Notes under the pieces: model-generated | Seen by the model: the letters and a program-made list of their open reading frames with translations, nothing else | Told to the model about the DNA's origin: nothing | Databases searched by the model: none | In this document: positions 61,032 through 64,000 of the stretch, piece after piece | How the letters are laid out: each line of letters begins with the position of its first letter | Position numbering within the stretch: position 1 is the first letter of the stretch | Translations under genes and position numbers: made by a program | Virus record (IMG/VR): IMGVR_UViG_3300019742_000002 | Location: 27,724 to 91,723 of that record | From: a virus | Length of the DNA stretch: 64,000 nucleotides | Direction: 5' to 3' (one strand)

Positions 61032-63734
61032 ATGTTAGAAGTTACTTTTGGACTAAATGTCAAAAATAGAGGCTTATATAATAGAGCAAGATTTAAAGAT
61101 TTTGGTACTTTTGTATATAAATTAGAAGACCAAAGAAATGATGTTATTAGTACAAGTGCCAATAAAGAGAGAAATAATTGGATAAGTTCTGAAATAACCG
61201 ATGGAGATTTTAAACAAGAAAACTACATAAGAAATGGTGGATTTTTAATTCTTGATATAGATGATGGATTAACTATTCAAGAATCTTTAGAAATTCTTAA
61301 AAATGAAAACTTTCAACACTACATAACAAATTCTACAAATCATGGGAAAGATTCTAAAGATAGATTTAGAATTATGATACCATTAGAAGACCCCAAAGAA
61401 ATTAAAAACCTAGATGAACTAAAAGATACCTTATATTGTATTCATCTTATATTCAATGAAAAGCTTGATAAAAGTTGTTTACACGGTTGTAGACCTTTCT
61501 ATAAACCCGAAAATTGGTTACCATCAATTGACAATCCTAATGCTAAAAATATATCTATTATTGGTTTAGATGGTATAAGTATTAATTCAATAGATTTAAG
61601 AGAAAGATTTAAAGATGAATTAATAACCAAAAAGAAAAATGATATATTAATTCATAAAGAAAATAAAAAAGCCTATAGAAATTTATTAGGAACTGTTAAT
61701 ATAGATAATTGTGAAATCAATCAAGAAGCTAAGGTATATTTTTCTGAAAAATTAGTAAATAAATTTGACTCTCAACATATAAAAGCTAGATATAATAAAT
61801 TACTTAAATTGGCAGTTGATTTATTTAAATTAGGATGTAATGAAAATGATATGGTTCATTTTATGGGTAAATCTAATTATTTTAAAAAGCATACTGATAG
61901 AACACCATTAAGTTATGTGAAAGATGCCTTGGAAATATTTGAAAAAGACAATAGAATGATATTAAATAAAGTAACTAATGATTATAAAGAAGAATTAGAT
62001 ACAAGATTAGAAAATGAGAGATTTAAAGGTGATATAGATTATTATTTGAAAGATGGTGAGAAATTATCGGAGTTGGTGCAATTTAAGAATAATGATATAT
62101 TCAAAAAAGAGGGTGTAAACCTTTTAGATTCACCTACGAATTCAGGTAAAACATATTATGTTCTAAATGAATATAAAGATAGAATAGGTGATGATGAATT
62201 TGTAGTTTTAACAGTTCCTTATTTAAATTTAAGAGATGAATTAGAGAGTTATAATACATACATTTATAGAGCTGGTGAAGATTTTGATATGGAAAAGGCT
62301 AAAAAATATAAAAGTGTAGTATGTGTTTATGATTCAGCTATTAGAGTATTTAATGAATTAGCTTCAAGAAAATGTCATATATTTATAGATGAGGCTCATA
62401 ATTTTTATTCAGCATTCTCATATAGATATAGAGTTCTTAATGAAATTTTTATGTATTGTATAAGAGTACAAAGTCAAATTAAATTAGTTCTTATGTCAGG
62501 GACTTTTGATAATTCAGTTTTTGATGATAATTTTATAACAAATACAATAACTATAAGAAACTCTAAAGAATCTACACCTAAAAAGTTAAAAATAATTGAC
62601 ACCAATAGTCCACAAGAGGATACTATAAAAGATGTCACTAATATACCAAATTCTAAAAAGACAATAGTATTTATTAATGATAAGTATAGAGGTAAGGAAA
62701 TCCAAAAAAGATTAAATGCTAATGGAAAACATTCACTATTCTACAATAAAGAAACTAAATCAAATAAGGATATTAGATATTTAATAGAAAATAATAAGTT
62801 ACCTGATAATATAGATACTTTGATTATGACTCAAAGTGGTTTAGAGGGAATTTCTATATTGGATGATATAGAAACAATACATATTTTAGGATTTTTAAGT
62901 ACACACGAAATAGAACAATTAGGTAATAGACCTAGAAATAATAAAGCAAATGTAAAAATGTATTTAGATATTAATCCTAATTTTAAAAATCTTAAGAAGA
63001 CGGATTATGAAAAGGAAAATAAAGAACTTATGATTATGAGTGAATATATAGTACAAGGATTAAATAAAAATATAGTTAGTTATAATGAAAATGACGAAAG
63101 AATGGTTAAAAATATATGCCAAAATGATGTAACTAATGAATATGAAATGACACCTCTATTAATGGCTTCATATAAATGTGAGGATTCAAAAGATATTGAA
63201 AGGTTCAATTTAAATGATTTTTATTTTTCTAAGAAGATTAAAATGTTATACAATTGGGATACTGAATTTATATATTCTAAAACAGAACATAAAGATACAA
63301 TAAATATAACAAGAGAGATGAGAAAAGAAGAGAATATAAGAAGATTTAAACACGAGGATTCAAATTTAGTTAAAAAGATTAGAAGAATGATAGAAATGGA
63401 ATTATTGAAAGAACAAAATGTATATGATATGATTGATGTTTGTCCTAATGATAAGGATGTTTTTGAATTGATTTTAAAGAGATATACTAATAATAAAACG
63501 GCAGAAGATATATTTATTATAGGTCAATTTACAAAAGGTGAAAGATATACAAATAAAGATATAAAATTTAAATATAATGAATTTAATCAATATAGAAATG
63601 AATTTACTATAAAAGGTAGAAAGAAAATGATAGGTTTTAATAATTATAAAAGAATGATTAGAGCTTTGGTTGAGGTTAAGGATATGAAAGTAACTATAGA
63701 TGATAAAAGATGTTTGGTTATTGAAATTGTTTAA
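61032..63734 (+). CDS. primase-polymerase (AEP-like) fused to SF2 helicase
   Basis: LILDIDDG, STNH, RFRIMIPL, D.S; DSPTNSGKT, IDEAH, MSGT, EGISI, QLGNRPR. Confidence 0.82.
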   Translation: MLEVTFGLNVKNRGLYNRARFKDFGTFVYKLEDQRNDVISTSANKERNNWISSEITDGDFKQENYIRNGGFLILDIDDGLTIQESLEILKNENFQHYITNSTNHGKDSKDRFRIMIPLEDPKEIKNLDELKDTLYCIHLIFNEKLDKSCLHGCRPFYKPENWLPSIDNPNAKNISIIGLDGISINSIDLRERFKDELITKKKNDILIHKENKKAYRNLLGTVNIDNCEINQEAKVYFSEKLVNKFDSQHIKARYNKLLKLAVDLFKLGCNENDMVHFMGKSNYFKKHTDRTPLSYVKDALEIFEKDNRMILNKVTNDYKEELDTRLENERFKGDIDYYLKDGEKLSELVQFKNNDIFKKEGVNLLDSPTNSGKTYYVLNEYKDRIGDDEFVVLTVPYLNLRDELESYNTYIYRAGEDFDMEKAKKYKSVVCVYDSAIRVFNELASRKCHIFIDEAHNFYSAFSYRYRVLNEIFMYCIRVQSQIKLVLMSGTFDNSVFDDNFITNTITIRNSKESTPKKLKIIDTNSPQEDTIKDVTNIPNSKKTIVFINDKYRGKEIQKRLNANGKHSLFYNKETKSNKDIRYLIENNKLPDNIDTLIMTQSGLEGISILDDIETIHILGFLSTHEIEQLGNRPRNNKANVKMYLDINPNFKNLKKTDYEKENKELMIMSEYIVQGLNKNIVSYNENDERMVKNICQNDVTNEYEMTPLLMASYKCEDSKDIERFNLNDFYFSKKIKMLYNWDTEFIYSKTEHKDTINITREMRKEENIRRFKHEDSNLVKKIRRMIEMELLKEQNVYDMIDVCPNDKDVFELILKRYTNNKTAEDIFIIGQFTKGERYTNKDIKFKYNEFNQYRNEFTIKGRKKMIGFNNYKRMIRALVEVKDMKVTIDDKRCLVIEIV

Positions 63735-63763
63735 ATGACTAATTCTAACGAATTAGTTTATCA

Positions 63764-63792
63764 AATATGGATTACTACATAATCCATATTTT
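63764..63792 (+). terminator. hairpin terminator after primase-helicase
   Basis: AAATATGGATTA-CTACA-TAATCCATATTT. Confidence 0.6.
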
Positions 63793-63806
63793 CAAGTTTT
63801 TTAAGA

Positions 63807-64000
63807 AGATAAATTATAGGGATTTTTAGATGTCCTTAAAACTAATTAATATAATAAGAGATAGGTATTTGTTTTTCTAAATTAAAGAAATATAAAAAGA
63901 TAAAAAAAAGATAAATTATAGGGATTTTTAGATGTCCTTAAAACTAATTAATATAATAAGAGATAGGTATTTGTTTTTCTAAATTAAAGAAATATAAAAA
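63807..64000. repeat. 102-bp tandem repeat, truncated by window end
   Basis: AGATAAATTATAGGGATTTTTAGATGTCC... at 63807 and 63909. Confidence 0.9.

Noticed and set aside
63807-64000. CRISPR array at window end
   Set aside because: The whole 102-bp unit is repeated with no unique spacer.
1-64000. tRNA/rRNA genes, introns or inteins in nrdA/nrdB/topoisomerase, stop-codon reassignment
   Set aside because: No cloverleaf or T-loop context seen; core genes are continuous and of normal length under the standard code.

Overview
This is a very AT-rich segment of a large T4-like myophage genome. The AAGGA RBSs, TTTAAG..TATAAT promoters and repeat blocks resemble phages of Campylobacterota, but the host is inferred, not shown. 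Core T4-type genes present: topoisomerase gp39/60 and gp52, gp3, gp55, gp47, gp5, gp4, gp68-like, DsbA-like, PhoH, NrdA/B, guanylate kinase. Also present: a tail-fibre module, DNA methyltransferase, AlkB, an Acb1 anti-CBASS homolog, homing endonucleases, a PolA/TV-Pol-like protein, a primase-helicase and many small early ORFs. The standout is a phage-encoded retron-like system at about 44.7-52.1 kb. Its retron-type RT carries an N-terminal domain also found twice in a neighbouring MoxR AAA+ ATPase, which has a vWA-like partner. About 1.3 kb downstream sit TWO tandem msr/msd-like ncRNA units sharing the same branch-G context and apical hairpin. Other non-coding structure: seven copies of a ~130-bp TIR-bounded element, two inverted ~0.7-kb repeat blocks, pseudoknot-type leaders before two replication genes, and a 102-bp tandem repeat at the right edge. 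All assignments come from motif recognition by eye; no database searches were run.
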